Virus record (IMG/VR): IMGVR_UViG_3300022188_000013 | Coordinates: 1-55,875 of that record | Source: a virus | Taxonomy: Duplodnaviria > Caudoviricetes | DNA length: 55,875 nt | Reading direction: 5' to 3' (one strand) | Part shown: positions 28,822-37,700 of the stretch, piece after piece | Numbering within the stretch: the stretch's first letter is position 1 | Layout of the letters: every line of letters begins with the position of its first letter | Made by a program: the position numbers and the translations under genes | The notes under the pieces: generated by a model | The model's input: the letters and a program-made list of their open reading frames with translations, nothing else | Database searches by the model: none | Told to the model about the DNA's origin: nothing

Positions 28822-29887
28822 AAATTCGATTGTGTCCCTTATCTGGTAACAGGTAAGCTAAAAATTTTACTGTATGCTGGAAACCCCAGTTAAGTTTTAG
28901 ATACTAACCAATTGGTAGTGATAATTCTAAAATTATGGGCAATCAGCAGGAAAGGGGTTATAATGAAAAGAAATAAAATAGGAAAAGAGAGATTAGTTGC
29001 TCTTTTAAATGAGTTTGGTTCTGTTGGTAAAGTATCATCTATGCTATCTATACCATATACAACTATTTATTACTGGTATAAAAGTTATGATATAGAGCTT
29101 TTACCGAGTTGTATGACTATATATGAAGAATTACGTAGTGTGCCCTTATCGGATACTCATAAATCAGTAATAGTTGGGTCTGTTTTAGGGGATGGGTCTT
29201 TGGTTAAACAAAGGCACTCTAAAAATGCTAGACTTCAAATAGGACATTGTACAAAACAGCTCGGGTATTTAAAATGGAAAAAAGGACTACTAAACCCTTT
29301 TGTAAATAAAGTTACTAAGGGAGAGTCTGCCGGTAAAAAAATAATATGTGGAAAAGAGTCTTTTTCTACAGGATATTGGTTAATAAATACTATATCTCAT
29401 CCTGGTGTTAATGATTATTTTGACAGGTATTATATTGCTGGTAAGAAAAGGGTAGACAGCTCTATTATAGATGAACTAGATTGGTTGGCAACAGCTATAT
29501 GGATGGCAGATGATGGTAGTTTTACTCTTAGAGATACTAATGGGTATTCATTAAGAGCTTCTGTGGCCACTTGTAGTTTTACTTTAGATGAACTTGCGAT
29601 TTTAAAGATAGCTTTTAGTAAATTTTATAAGGGGTCTATAACTGTAGACACATATAATAATACACTAAGGCTTGGTGGCGGAACCAAATATATAGATAAT
29701 TTTTTAGACCGAATTTCAGATATTTTACCAGAGTGTATTCATTATAAACTCGCTCCTCAGAGACTACACGTAAAACCCCTTTTTTATAAAGGGTGAAGAT
29801 ATAGTCCGAACTTCGTAGGAGACTACGAGAGGTTGCTTCGCAGTAACCCGCCTGGAAAATTTTTCAGGTCATAAAAGTAACAGAATG
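28822..29887 (+). mobile_element. Group I intron 4 (tail tube gene, IA-like)
   Basis: ATGCTGGAAA, GCAATCAGCAGG, CTCAGAGACTA, GATATAGTCCG; P10 AATTCGA/TCGAATT; terminal G 29887. Confidence 0.93.
28963..29796 (+). CDS. Intron-encoded LAGLIDADG endonuclease with N-terminal HTH
   Basis: IVGSVLGDGSL and AIWMADDGS; AAGGGG RBS supports ATG 28963. Confidence 0.9.
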   Translation: MKRNKIGKERLVALLNEFGSVGKVSSMLSIPYTTIYYWYKSYDIELLPSCMTIYEELRSVPLSDTHKSVIVGSVLGDGSLVKQRHSKNARLQIGHCTKQLGYLKWKKGLLNPFVNKVTKGESAGKKIICGKESFSTGYWLINTISHPGVNDYFDRYYIAGKKRVDSSIIDELDWLATAIWMADDGSFTLRDTNGYSLRASVATCSFTLDELAILKIAFSKFYKGSITVDTYNNTLRLGGGTKYIDNFLDRISDILPECIHYKLAPQRLHVKPLFYKG

Positions 29888-29927
29888 TTTCGAATTAGGG
29901 CATTTAGATATTGTTGATGTTGTTGAT
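29888..29927 (+). CDS. Tail tube protein, 40-nt exon 2 ((I)FELGHLDIVDVVD)
   Basis: In frame with exons 1 and 3 after removing both introns. Confidence 0.85.
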
Positions 29928-31172
29928 AATTAAAGTTGTCCTTCATTTAAAGTAATTTTTATGAAGAACTTCACGATATGCTGGAATACCCAGTCAAGCC
30001 TTTACTACTACCGATATCGGAGTGATAATGTAAAGGATATGGGCGATCAGCAGGGAGCGGATTATGATAGAAAAAATTAAAAAAAGTGATTTGAAAAGAT
30101 TGTATAATGAGTTAGGGTCTGTTTATAAAGTAGCAGATAGATTAGGAAAACCTCCATCCACGGTGTATTACTATATTGATAAATATGATATTGATATTAG
30201 TAAAAGAAGATTTCCATACACTAAGGATGAGTTAATTGATTTACACAGAGAGTGCGGTTCAATTACTAAAGTGGCAGCTAAATTATCTAGAAGCTATTCT
30301 ACTGTTAGATATTGGTACAAAGCATTTAATATTGTGCAGAATGCTTCTGGAATGACCGTTTTTCAAGAGTTAAGAAAAACACCAATGTCCCAAAAACATA
30401 AGTCTGCTTTGGTTGGTAGTATGTTAGGGGATGGTGGGTTATGGTTAGCCCCACACAGTAAGAACGCTAGGTTATATGTTAGTCACTGTGAAAAACAATT
30501 GGGTTACTTGAAATGGTTACATAGTTTATTCCAGCCTTTTTCTAGGCCTATAGTACAGACCGAGGTAGCTGGCAAGAAGATTATAGGGGACTATGTAGTA
30601 CAAGGGAGCAATTTTTACAGGTTTTACACTATAGCCCATCCTGATGTTACTAGAGTATTTCATTCTTACTATAGAAAAGGATTAAAGCATGTAACCTCTA
30701 CTGCTATTATTGATGAGGTAGACTTATTGTCAATGAGTATATGGTTTGCAGATGATGGGTCAATATCAAGAAATAAACAAGGTGTTCCGGTTAGCTGTAC
30801 GATATCCACAAATAGTTTTTCATACAAAGAGCAAATAATACTGGTTGATGTTGTACGTAAGTTTTTTAAAGGTACAATTGGAATTAGAAAGCAAGGTGGA
30901 TACTATAATGGTACTAAGCGGACAGACTATGTGATTTCTATGTCAGGTAAGGAAGCGGTTAATGATTTTTTGACATTAATAAAGTTAGTTCTTCCTGAAT
31001 GTATATACTATAAACTATCATAATTTGACCCTCAACGACTGTGTGTGAAGCTCCTAACATTAGCGTTAGGATGATGATACAGTCTGAACTTGCTGGAGAC
31101 AGTAAGAGGGGAGGTCGAAGTGCCGCCCCCGCCTAACAGGTAAAGCTGAGGTTATTATAAGTAACAGATTTG
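29928..31172 (+). mobile_element. Group I intron 5 (tail tube gene, IA-like)
   Basis: ATGCTGGAA, GCGATCAGCAGG, CTCAACGACTG/CAGTCTG (compensatory P7), P3 CTTCAC/GTGAAG; terminal G 31172. Confidence 0.92.
30064..31023 (+). CDS. Intron-encoded LAGLIDADG endonuclease with two N-terminal HTH repeats
   Basis: LVGSMLGDGGL and SIWFADDGS; GSVYKVADRL..STVYYY and GSITKVAAKL..STVRYW repeats. Confidence 0.9.
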   Translation: MIEKIKKSDLKRLYNELGSVYKVADRLGKPPSTVYYYIDKYDIDISKRRFPYTKDELIDLHRECGSITKVAAKLSRSYSTVRYWYKAFNIVQNASGMTVFQELRKTPMSQKHKSALVGSMLGDGGLWLAPHSKNARLYVSHCEKQLGYLKWLHSLFQPFSRPIVQTEVAGKKIIGDYVVQGSNFYRFYTIAHPDVTRVFHSYYRKGLKHVTSTAIIDEVDLLSMSIWFADDGSISRNKQGVPVSCTISTNSFSYKEQIILVDVVRKFFKGTIGIRKQGGYYNGTKRTDYVISMSGKEAVNDFLTLIKLVLPECIYYKLS

Positions 31173-32594
31173 GATGTCCCAGCGGTGGCTGTGACTCTCA
31201 ACACCAACGATTTCGGTGATGTAGCTACTTTAGCAATTTTGGCCCAGGTACCTGCAGCAAAGCGTGTTATGGCTGAGAATGCGACTTCAGCAGCCAACGC
31301 AAACATAGTGTCAGGGGCGACCTACCTCCATGGTGTCTCCTTGGCTGACTTTGCTGTAACATGTGGTAACCTTACCGGTATTACTATGTGGGCACCTGTT
31401 CAAGGTGAATGTAGTCTTGGTACTCTTGCAAATGATATTGACCAGACTTTATTTTTGGATGAGGTTTATATCAATAGTCTTGAGTTTAGTTATACTACCG
31501 GTGCTAATGCAACAGAGAACTACGGAGCTGAAACAGACAATAAGATGTGGTTGCTGAATAGTGGGGCTTTTGTTAACCACTTTATGGCCACAATCTCTGG
31601 TACTGTTATGAACTTTGATTTTAGTGCAATTGGCTATGATACTACATCTGTAATTCCTGATCTTTCTACAGGAAACTATGCTTTTTTGAGAAAAGATGAG
31701 GATGGTTCACCTGCAATTACTTTGTTTGATGTTGCTAGTAATGAAAAGGTTAATTATCCAATGATGAAAGGAGTTGCTGCTAATACAGATGCTGAGTCTA
31801 AGACTTTTGTTTTTGATGAAAGTGACGGTACTCTATATTTCCCAGCTGGTCCTTCACCTGCAGTTACTGTAGCAGACGGCGATGAAATTGAAATTATTTA
31901 TGCTGCAGATAAGTATTCGGATCCAATGAATACATATTTTGTAGAAAAAACTGACGGAGCTAACGCTGATGTTGGTGCCTTACGTCAGGGTCAGGTAGAA
32001 ATTTATATAATTGATGGTGATGACGCAGCAGCTGCATGGCGTTTGACTGGTGTTACAATTTCTGCTGATCTTACTCGTGAGCCTCTAACTGAGCTTGGCC
32101 ATCTCGGTCCTTATGATCGTCCGTTGACTCTGCCTATTCCTCTTACTGTAACTGTAGATTCTACAGCCGGTGATCTTGAGAATTGGGCTAGATTTTCTGG
32201 GCAGATCGTTGAGTTCGAAGATGGTACTATGTCCGACATCGATCTTAATGACCTTATGAATAAGGATGATCTTATGCTTATGGTCAAGGTTTATGAACAA
32301 ACCGATGAGGAAGCTGGCGGTACTGGCGTAAAACGTAAAGCTCTTACTGATAGTGTTATTGGTGAGCAGCAGTTCTTGGACGGTGTATTACAGCCGGCTT
32401 ATACTGCTAATGACTTAGAATACGCTCTTAAGACTATTGTAGTAAAGAATCTGAAAATTACTGATGAGGGAATGACTCTCGATGTCGGTGCGAATGCGAC
32501 ACAGACATTTGGTTTCCGTTCTACCAATGATTTATTTGTGGTCAAGGGTGATCTTTCTGCCAATTTGGCTGCTGGACTAACACGTGCTGTTTAA
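31173..32594 (+). CDS. Tail tube protein, exon 3 (spliced product 523 aa)
   Basis: DVPAVAVTLN...; E..ELG tube motif; lies between the terminator protein and the chaperones/TMP. Confidence 0.8.
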   Translation, partial: DVPAVAVTLNTNDFGDVATLAILAQVPAAKRVMAENATSAANANIVSGATYLHGVSLADFAVTCGNLTGITMWAPVQGECSLGTLANDIDQTLFLDEVYINSLEFSYTTGANATENYGAETDNKMWLLNSGAFVNHFMATISGTVMNFDFSAIGYDTTSVIPDLSTGNYAFLRKDEDGSPAITLFDVASNEKVNYPMMKGVAANTDAESKTFVFDESDGTLYFPAGPSPAVTVADGDEIEIIYAADKYSDPMNTYFVEKTDGANADVGALRQGQVEIYIIDGDDAAAAWRLTGVTISADLTREPLTELGHLGPYDRPLTLPIPLTVTVDSTAGDLENWARFSGQIVEFEDGTMSDIDLNDLMNKDDLMLMVKVYEQTDEEAGGTGVKRKALTDSVIGEQQFLDGVLQPAYTANDLEYALKTIVVKNLKITDEGMTLDVGANATQTFGFRSTNDLFVVKGDLSANLAAGLTRAV

Positions 32595-32615
32595 TAATTG
32601 ATATAAGGTAAAAGG

Positions 32616-32652
32616 AAGCGGCCGGTTTAGGCTGGCCGCTTTAAATTTTTTA
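32616..32652 (+). terminator. Intrinsic terminator after tail tube gene
   Basis: AAGCGGCCGG...CTGGCCGCTT stem followed by a T-rich tract. Confidence 0.75.
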
Positions 32653-32669
32653 ATTGGAGAGGGAATATT

Positions 32670-32927
32670 ATGGCTGTTACTGATAAAAGTAGGGAAAAAT
32701 TAATACGAGATATAGAATCTGAAGTAACTAATTTGTTTGAACAGGCTTTAGATTATGCACAAGTAGCGTGTCCTACTCAAGATATTTATAAGATACTTCG
32801 TTCTAAGATATTGAGGGTAGGAAATAATTGTATCCGTAATATAAAGAAAAAAGCTCAACATTATGATGTAGAGTTTATTCCTCAGTCTGAGGAAATAATA
32901 GAGGTTATTAAACTAAATAATAAATAA
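32670..32927 (+). CDS. Hypothetical protein
   Basis: 85-aa ORF with GGAGAGGG RBS. Confidence 0.7.
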   Translation: MAVTDKSREKLIRDIESEVTNLFEQALDYAQVACPTQDIYKILRSKILRVGNNCIRNIKKKAQHYDVEFIPQSEEIIEVIKLNNK

Positions 32928-32949
32928 AGGAAACGGGGAGGGTAAAAAC

Positions 32950-33690
32950 ATGGATGCACAAGAAAAGGAAGTTAGAAGATTTTTTTTAGGACCTGACGAG
33001 GAAACTAAATATTATATAGAAACACCCACTGCTGAAGATATTAGAGGTGCGGATTGGCAGTATAGTAAAATTTACACACAGTGTCTTGTAGAAGGCATAA
33101 CTACTGCTGCTGAGATGATGGATATTTTAAATAGAAGAGGAATTATCGGTCCAGAATTTGAACAACGTGTTAATGAGTTGGCTGAGAAGTTGACTGAAGC
33201 TATTACCCAACTAGAATTAACTGACGATATGAACGCTAAACGTGAAATGTCTATTGATGTAGCTAGAGCCCGTGAGGAGTTATTTCAGTGGAACCAGCGA
33301 CTTAATGGGCCTATGAACAATACCGCAGAACAGATGTCGGACGACTCTCGTCTTGAATATCTAACATCAGCTATGATTCTAAATTGTGACTATAATAAAG
33401 TATGGGATAGTTATGATACATATCTTAAGGAGAAAAGTCAAGCCTTAGCCACAAGAGCTAGATTTGAGGTAATGCTTTACTTGCAAGGGTTAGAGTCTGA
33501 TTTTCTTGATCAAACTCCAGAAGCCCAGGCTATGAAAGAGGTTGAAGCTGATATTATTTCCAAAGCACAAGAAGCTATTAAGGCGGCCGAAGCTGTGCAT
33601 GATGAAGAAGCTCAACAAGTAGAAAAAAAGTCGGTCGGTAAAAAGAAGGTATCTAAGAAAAAAACATTAAGTAAAAAGAAAGAAGAATAA
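32950..33690 (+). CDS. Putative tail assembly chaperone
   Basis: Acidic helical protein between tube and TMP genes (synteny). Confidence 0.55.
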   Translation: MDAQEKEVRRFFLGPDEETKYYIETPTAEDIRGADWQYSKIYTQCLVEGITTAAEMMDILNRRGIIGPEFEQRVNELAEKLTEAITQLELTDDMNAKREMSIDVARAREELFQWNQRLNGPMNNTAEQMSDDSRLEYLTSAMILNCDYNKVWDSYDTYLKEKSQALATRARFEVMLYLQGLESDFLDQTPEAQAMKEVEADIISKAQEAIKAAEAVHDEEAQQVEKKSVGKKKVSKKKTLSKKKEE

Positions 33691-33696
33691 AAAAAA

Positions 33697-34707
33697 ATGA
33701 TCTTGACCTACGACGAAACAGATCAGTATCTCACTAAAGTTTTTACTGGTATAGATTATCAATATATAGACGATCTACTTGTAGTTTTTAAATTTCCTAA
33801 CCATGAAACAAGACAAAAAGCACATTTAGTTTACAAAAGGTCTTTTGAAAGTGCTGTGGAACAAGGTATGCTGCCTGTCGAAGAGCTAAGGATTTTGATA
33901 GAAAAACGTAATTTAATTACGGCTGCTGATAAGTTACAACTAAAGAAGTTAGAAAACCAACTTGAAGCACAAGAAGTACTTTTATCAAAAACTACAAGAG
34001 TGAAAGCTAATCAAGAGCGTATTAAGGGTGTAATAAGAAGACTAAGGCACGAGATACGTGAAATAGAAATTAAGCACTCCTCTAAACTTATGATGTCTGC
34101 AGAAAATAAAGCTGAGGAAGATAAGACTTTTTACGTATGTACTCGGTGTGCGTTTATGGAAGATGAAAAAACTCTTATATGGTCTTCGTATGAAAAAGCC
34201 TTGAAAGAAGTTAAAATAGAATTAAAAGATAAGATTTTACTTGGATTTCTGAGATTTTTTTCTGGATTTCCAGTATCAATAGTGCGAGCACTATCCCGTA
34301 GTAGTTTGTGGAGAATTAGATATATAAATAGTATGAAGACGTCGGACCCTTTGTTTGGTGTATCGACGTCTGAGTACACAACTGACCAATTAAATCTAGT
34401 TTACTGGTCTAACTATTATCAGAATATATACGAAATGATGCCAGAAGATAGACCTTCTGAAATAGTTATCGAAGATGACGATGCTTTGGACGCTTATATG
34501 AAAGCGTTTTACGAGGAAAGGAATAGACAGGAATCTGAACGTAGACACAAAAGCAATCGATCAGGTAAACTATCTGCATTTGATGCAGAAGAAGTTATAA
34601 TCACACGATCTCATGAACTTTATGAAGATATAGAGTATGATAAACCAAGAGAAGCACAGAAACTTAAGAATCGAACTGACATTCGAAAAAGGACTAAGCG
34701 TGGTTAG
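33697..34707 (+). CDS. Putative tail assembly chaperone 2 (pre-TMP protein)
   Basis: Helical; YYQNIYE..EDRPSE.VIEDDDALDAY motif; directly precedes TMP. Confidence 0.55.
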   Translation: MILTYDETDQYLTKVFTGIDYQYIDDLLVVFKFPNHETRQKAHLVYKRSFESAVEQGMLPVEELRILIEKRNLITAADKLQLKKLENQLEAQEVLLSKTTRVKANQERIKGVIRRLRHEIREIEIKHSSKLMMSAENKAEEDKTFYVCTRCAFMEDEKTLIWSSYEKALKEVKIELKDKILLGFLRFFSGFPVSIVRALSRSSLWRIRYINSMKTSDPLFGVSTSEYTTDQLNLVYWSNYYQNIYEMMPEDRPSEIVIEDDDALDAYMKAFYEERNRQESERRHKSNRSGKLSAFDAEEVIITRSHELYEDIEYDKPREAQKLKNRTDIRKRTKRG

Positions 34708-34740
34708 GATAGGCTAATTATTTAACTTCAGTAAGGATAA

Positions 34741-34758
34741 GTGCAGAATTTTCTGCAC
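34741..34758. promoter_or_regulatory. Inverted repeat just upstream of the giant ORF RBS
   Basis: GTGCAGAA-TT-TTCTGCAC followed by ATTTT; role unknown. Confidence 0.4.
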
Positions 34759-34783
34759 ATTTTAATGTTTCGGAGGTGCACTC

Positions 34784-37700
34784 TTGGCTGATAATAACGT
34801 TAATATAAACATTAACGACAACTCCAACCGTAAAGGCTCAGCTGGCGGTATAGCAGGAAAAGCTGCCCAAACAAGTGTAAACGATCCTGCGTCAATAACC
34901 AAACTCGCTCGCCTATTAAAATCCGCTTTAGAAGAAAACTCTAAGAAGACTGGTGACGTCATTGACAAGGCCATATCTAAGCTAGTTCGTGTTATGGTCG
35001 AAAGTGCTGGTGGTGGTTCAATTAGCGATGCCGATATTAAGAGTATTATGAAGGGTGTTGGTAAAGAACTTGGCGACGAAGTTGTAAAATCTATTGCTAA
35101 AACCCTACCTAGGTCTTCCGGAGAAAAGCAGGATTCTACTGCTATAACTAAGGCCATAGACAACAGCATGGTAAGAGCTGCCGATAAAATGGCCCAGACT
35201 ATTTCAAGTCGACTATCAAAACAAGAGAACGTTTCAGTTAATTCAACAGAACTAGCTAAAGGAATCGCTAACTCTATGCGTAGAGCGGTGCCTGCTAGTA
35301 CTGATAAAGCTACAAGAGAACTTATACAGGCCATTGGCTCCATGAAAACTATTTTCAGAGATATTAAAACTTTGGTTAGTCAAATTGGATCTATGCGTAA
35401 GTCTGAGGGTAAAGTTGATGTTGGTGAGATTAGTAGTGTTCTTGGAAGCATTAAAAGAATTCTAACAGATTTTAAAGCTCTTTCACAGGAAGCTAGTAAC
35501 GCTAAAGATTCTTTGAAAGATTTAGCGTTAGAAAGTAAGCAGATGCTCGGTACTCTTACTACAGCTATTAATGATGTTAAGAGAAGTGCTGAAAAAACTG
35601 TTTCTGGTGTAAAGCAGAGAGCTGTTGGCGACCCTAAAGATTTTACTAAAGAAATTGTTACTTCTGTTGTAGGGATTATAACTAAATCAGAATCACTAAA
35701 AGGGACTTCTTTAGAGAAAGCTGTACGTAGTCTTGAGGGCAAGATCGGTGATATGTCCAAACTTTCTATTGAATTACAGAAATTTCAAAAAACATTTAAG
35801 CAGGAAATTACTTCTGGAACTATTAAAATAGAAGGTATTGAAAAGGTTTTAAAGGAATTTGATCAAATTGTAACAAAGCTAGGTAATGTGCCTAAGCAGA
35901 TTGGTATGGATAGAGCCTCTAAACAGGTTGGCATGGATAAGTCACCTAAGCAGATTGGTATGGGTAGATCTCCTAAGCAGATAGGTATGAGTAAGCCACC
36001 TAAGGAGTGGAAGGACTTCGCTAACTCTCTCAGTGGGTTCACACAGAGAACTACAAAATTAATTACACAAGTTAAACTTATAGTAGACGACTCTGAGATC
36101 AGAAAGATGATACCAGATGAAATTGCTGTAAAAATTACTCCAAAGGTTGAGTCTAAAACTATATACGATGATGTTGAAACAGCAATAATTCGTGCTCTTC
36201 ATGATGCTGAAAAGACAAAGATTACACCTAAAGTTGAACCGGTTGTTTCAAAAATTGAGATAGCTTTAAACAATAAAGATTTGGCAGGTATTAGAAAGGG
36301 GTTAGCAGAGCTTTCAAAGATTAAACTAGATTCTAGCCAACTTATCGATGATCTTAGAAAGAGAATTAATGTAATAGAAGGTAGTGCTGAACTAAAAATA
36401 AAGGCAGTTTTAGATACTAAATCTTATGACGATATGCTTGCTACTAAGGTTAAAGCTGATCATAAAAGACTTCAAGCAGCTTTGGCTACTACTGCTCCTA
36501 CTACTGTTGGGTCTACTGGCAGGTCTTTTTCAAAGATAGACCCAGTTGGCCGTTCTCTTTACAAACAGCAGACAGTTAAACCAGTTGAGGGTGGAGAGGT
36601 TAAACGTGCTAGTACTATTAGAATTTTGTCAAGAGATGCTCAAGGTATTAAGCAAGATACAGAGCAGAATATTAAAGCTTTGTCTGCTTCGTTATATAAA
36701 TTACAAGACCAGGTAGTTAGTGGGTTAGAGAAACAGTTTTCAGATGCTGAAAAGAAATGGGCTGTAGTTAAACCAACAGGAGGTACTGCAAGAGACGCTT
36801 TTAAATTAACTCCTGGTGAACGTCAGTGGACAATGCAAATTGCTAATCTAGATAGATTACAAAGAATAATGAAAGATTTTGATTCTGGTGTAATGGATTT
36901 AGTAAATGCGTATAAAGCACAGGCTGTACAAGAACGTGTTACTATGGCTGGTGGTCCGCAGAAACAGGCAGATTTGGTAGGACAATGGTTAAAGACTGTG
37001 TCTGCCCCACAGATTAAATCTGTAGAGGGTCTTGATAGTATAACAAAGGGTAAATTATCTAAGGTTAAGACCTCTTTTTCTGGTACAGACGTTAGTGACG
37101 AGATGCGTACACAGATACGTAAGCTTTTTGGTGATGTAAAACTAGAGAATATTTTTAGAAAAACTTATGCAGAATCTGAGGCTAAGCGTGAGTTACAGAG
37201 TGAGGGTTTAGTAAAACAGGTAGCTCTTCCTGCAGCTAAAGTGACAAAGACCGGTAGTGTTTCATTCCAGACGGTTCATGGTGCGGAACGTGCTTTGTCT
37301 AAATTTGCTAAGTTTGAGACTGGTTTTGAAAAACTTTATGAGGAGTTGACTGGTTTAGCTGTTAACGCAAGTAAAGAGGGTAAGAAACAAATTTTCACAG
37401 AAGCACGTGGTTTTACTGTAGCAATTAAAGAGTTGGGGGTACGCCCAGGCCCAGATAATTTAGCATCAGCGGATGCTCTTGCTAATAAGATGCTTTCATC
37501 TATAGTAAAAAATATAGGTGACAAGGCTGCAGGTTCTACATATACTAGAGAGTTATACACTGGGGCTGCTGCTTCAAAGAGGTTTGCAGTGAAAGAAGCG
37601 GGTGGAGATCCTGCTAAGTTCATGAAAGATTTTGAAGCTGCAATGTCAAGGACATATAAAAGTTTTGATGAGTTTTCAGCCGCTATGAAGGCGATAAACC

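Noticed and set aside
214-31023. LAGLIDADG ORFs as intein domains
   Set aside because: They have their own starts and stops inside RNA cores, with no intein splice-junction residues.
31170-31172. TTG start for the tail tube protein
   Set aside because: It is the last three nucleotides of intron 5; the true start is ATG 28712.
33655-33675. -1 frameshift at AAAAAAAC fusing the chaperones
   Set aside because: The -1 frame hits TAA within a few codons, and the downstream gene is in the 0 frame.
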